Source of the DNA: Amphiscolops sp. MND2022
Taxonomy: Eukaryota
Length of the DNA stretch: 64,000 nt
Direction: 5' to 3'
Assembly (NCBI GenBank): GCA_964187785.1
Contig: OZ076409.1
Coordinates: 72,914,001 to 72,978,000 of the forward strand
How positions within the stretch are numbered: the stretch's first letter is position 1; the number at the start of each line of letters is the position of its first letter. The notes beneath the pieces were generated by a model that did not search any database, had not been told where the DNA came from, and was given only the letters and a program-made list of their open reading frames with translations. The position numbers were made by a program, and so were the translations under genes. Positions 63,537 through 64,000 of the stretch are shown in pieces.

Positions 63537-64000
63537 GTGCCGGGATTTCTATTCGTTCGAGTAAGTGGCGCGTGTGGGTAGGGCCCCTGGCGCGCTCTTG
63601 TGTTTCGGGTTTTCCTACTCCTAAACCGCGTTCAGATTTTCGGGATCTCGTAAACTAGCCATACGATTTGGCTGAAATTTGGCACACGTACCCCCCTCGG
63701 CACGGTGAAGATGATTCCCTACTGACGTTTTGCCCGCTAAACATTTTTTGTTGACCAAAATAACGGTTTTTGGTGGAAAATTTTCAACTTTTTTTAAATT
63801 TCATCTTATATCTCGCCCCAGGTTTACGCTAGCGCTTCAAAACCTTGCTGACGAAACTTCGCAAACTGTCTCAGGAATGCGGTGTGAAATTTTCAGCTCA
63901 ATCGAACTTAAACTCGGGGAGATATAGCGTTTTTCCGGAGCGGGGGGGTTTCATTTTTCTAACGGTTCAGCTTATCTTTGCCATTTTTTCGAAAATGTAC
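63537..64000 (+). repeat. U42, partial S-c unit (5' part)
   Basis: Standard head and S-c body, cut by the window edge. Confidence 0.9.

Larger units (their letters stand above)
1..64000 (+). mobile_element. Heterogeneous head-to-tail array of non-autonomous, Helitron/Helentron-like cassettes joined at CTAGGTG (41 complete + 2 partial units)
   Basis: CTAG of the junction starts at 267, 1531, 2805, 4080, 5346, 7532, 8803, 10089, 12082, 13368, 15344, 17320, 19295, 21272, 23248, 25225, 27201, 29176, 31367, 32757, 34773, 36766, 38761, 40433, 41702, 42973, 44261, 45550, 46863, 48151, 49415, 50705, 51974, 53264, 54538, 55818, 57110, 58398, 59689, 60969, 62256 (CTGG), 63533. The array is seen directly. 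The Helitron-like assignment is inferred from CTRR ends, subterminal hairpins and absence of TSDs/TIRs; the canonical 5' TC is missing. Confidence 0.6.

Noticed and set aside
222..63927. ORF track (60-163 aa), including recurring peptides such as VRGHAEACPSTTY, MPFFRKCTRLKASPGR and MRRVGGHSFSHPP
   Set aside because: They are translations of repeated motifs. Frames open and close with homopolymer indels between near-identical copies, and no Rep/HUH, helicase, recombinase, RT or transposase motif is visible.

Overview
The window contains no credible protein-coding gene, rRNA, tRNA or CRISPR array; all listed ORFs are short and recur only because the DNA is repeated. All 64 kb is one head-to-tail, single-orientation array of 41 complete and 2 partial non-coding units. 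Every unit is joined to the next through the 7-bp core CTAGGTG (42 junctions; one reads CTGGGTG). There are a short class (S, 1.26-1.31 kb, 25 complete units), a long class (L, mostly 1.98-2.02 kb, one 1.39 kb, 13 units) and three hybrids, in about a dozen divergent families. All share one architecture: CTAGGTG, a small hairpin, a covarying hairpin with a TAGGG(T/C) loop, a ~48-nt hypervariable segment, a GATCTC...GATTT...AAATTT motif, a family-specific body, a class-specific bulged hairpin (A or B), paired CAACGCC repeats, the 20-mer GGGCATGCCGAGGCATGCCC (a palindrome and a 19/20 match to the p53-family response element), a variable tail, then CTAG. Near-identical units recur 25-50 kb apart with different neighbours and identity stops at CTAGGTG, so whole units behave as shuffled cassettes. 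Best interpretation (inference): a probably animal, integron-like array of non-autonomous elements related to rolling-circle (Helitron/Helentron-like) transposons that integrate at their own junction. The mobilising enzyme is not in the window and the organism cannot be identified. Coordinates were counted by hand.
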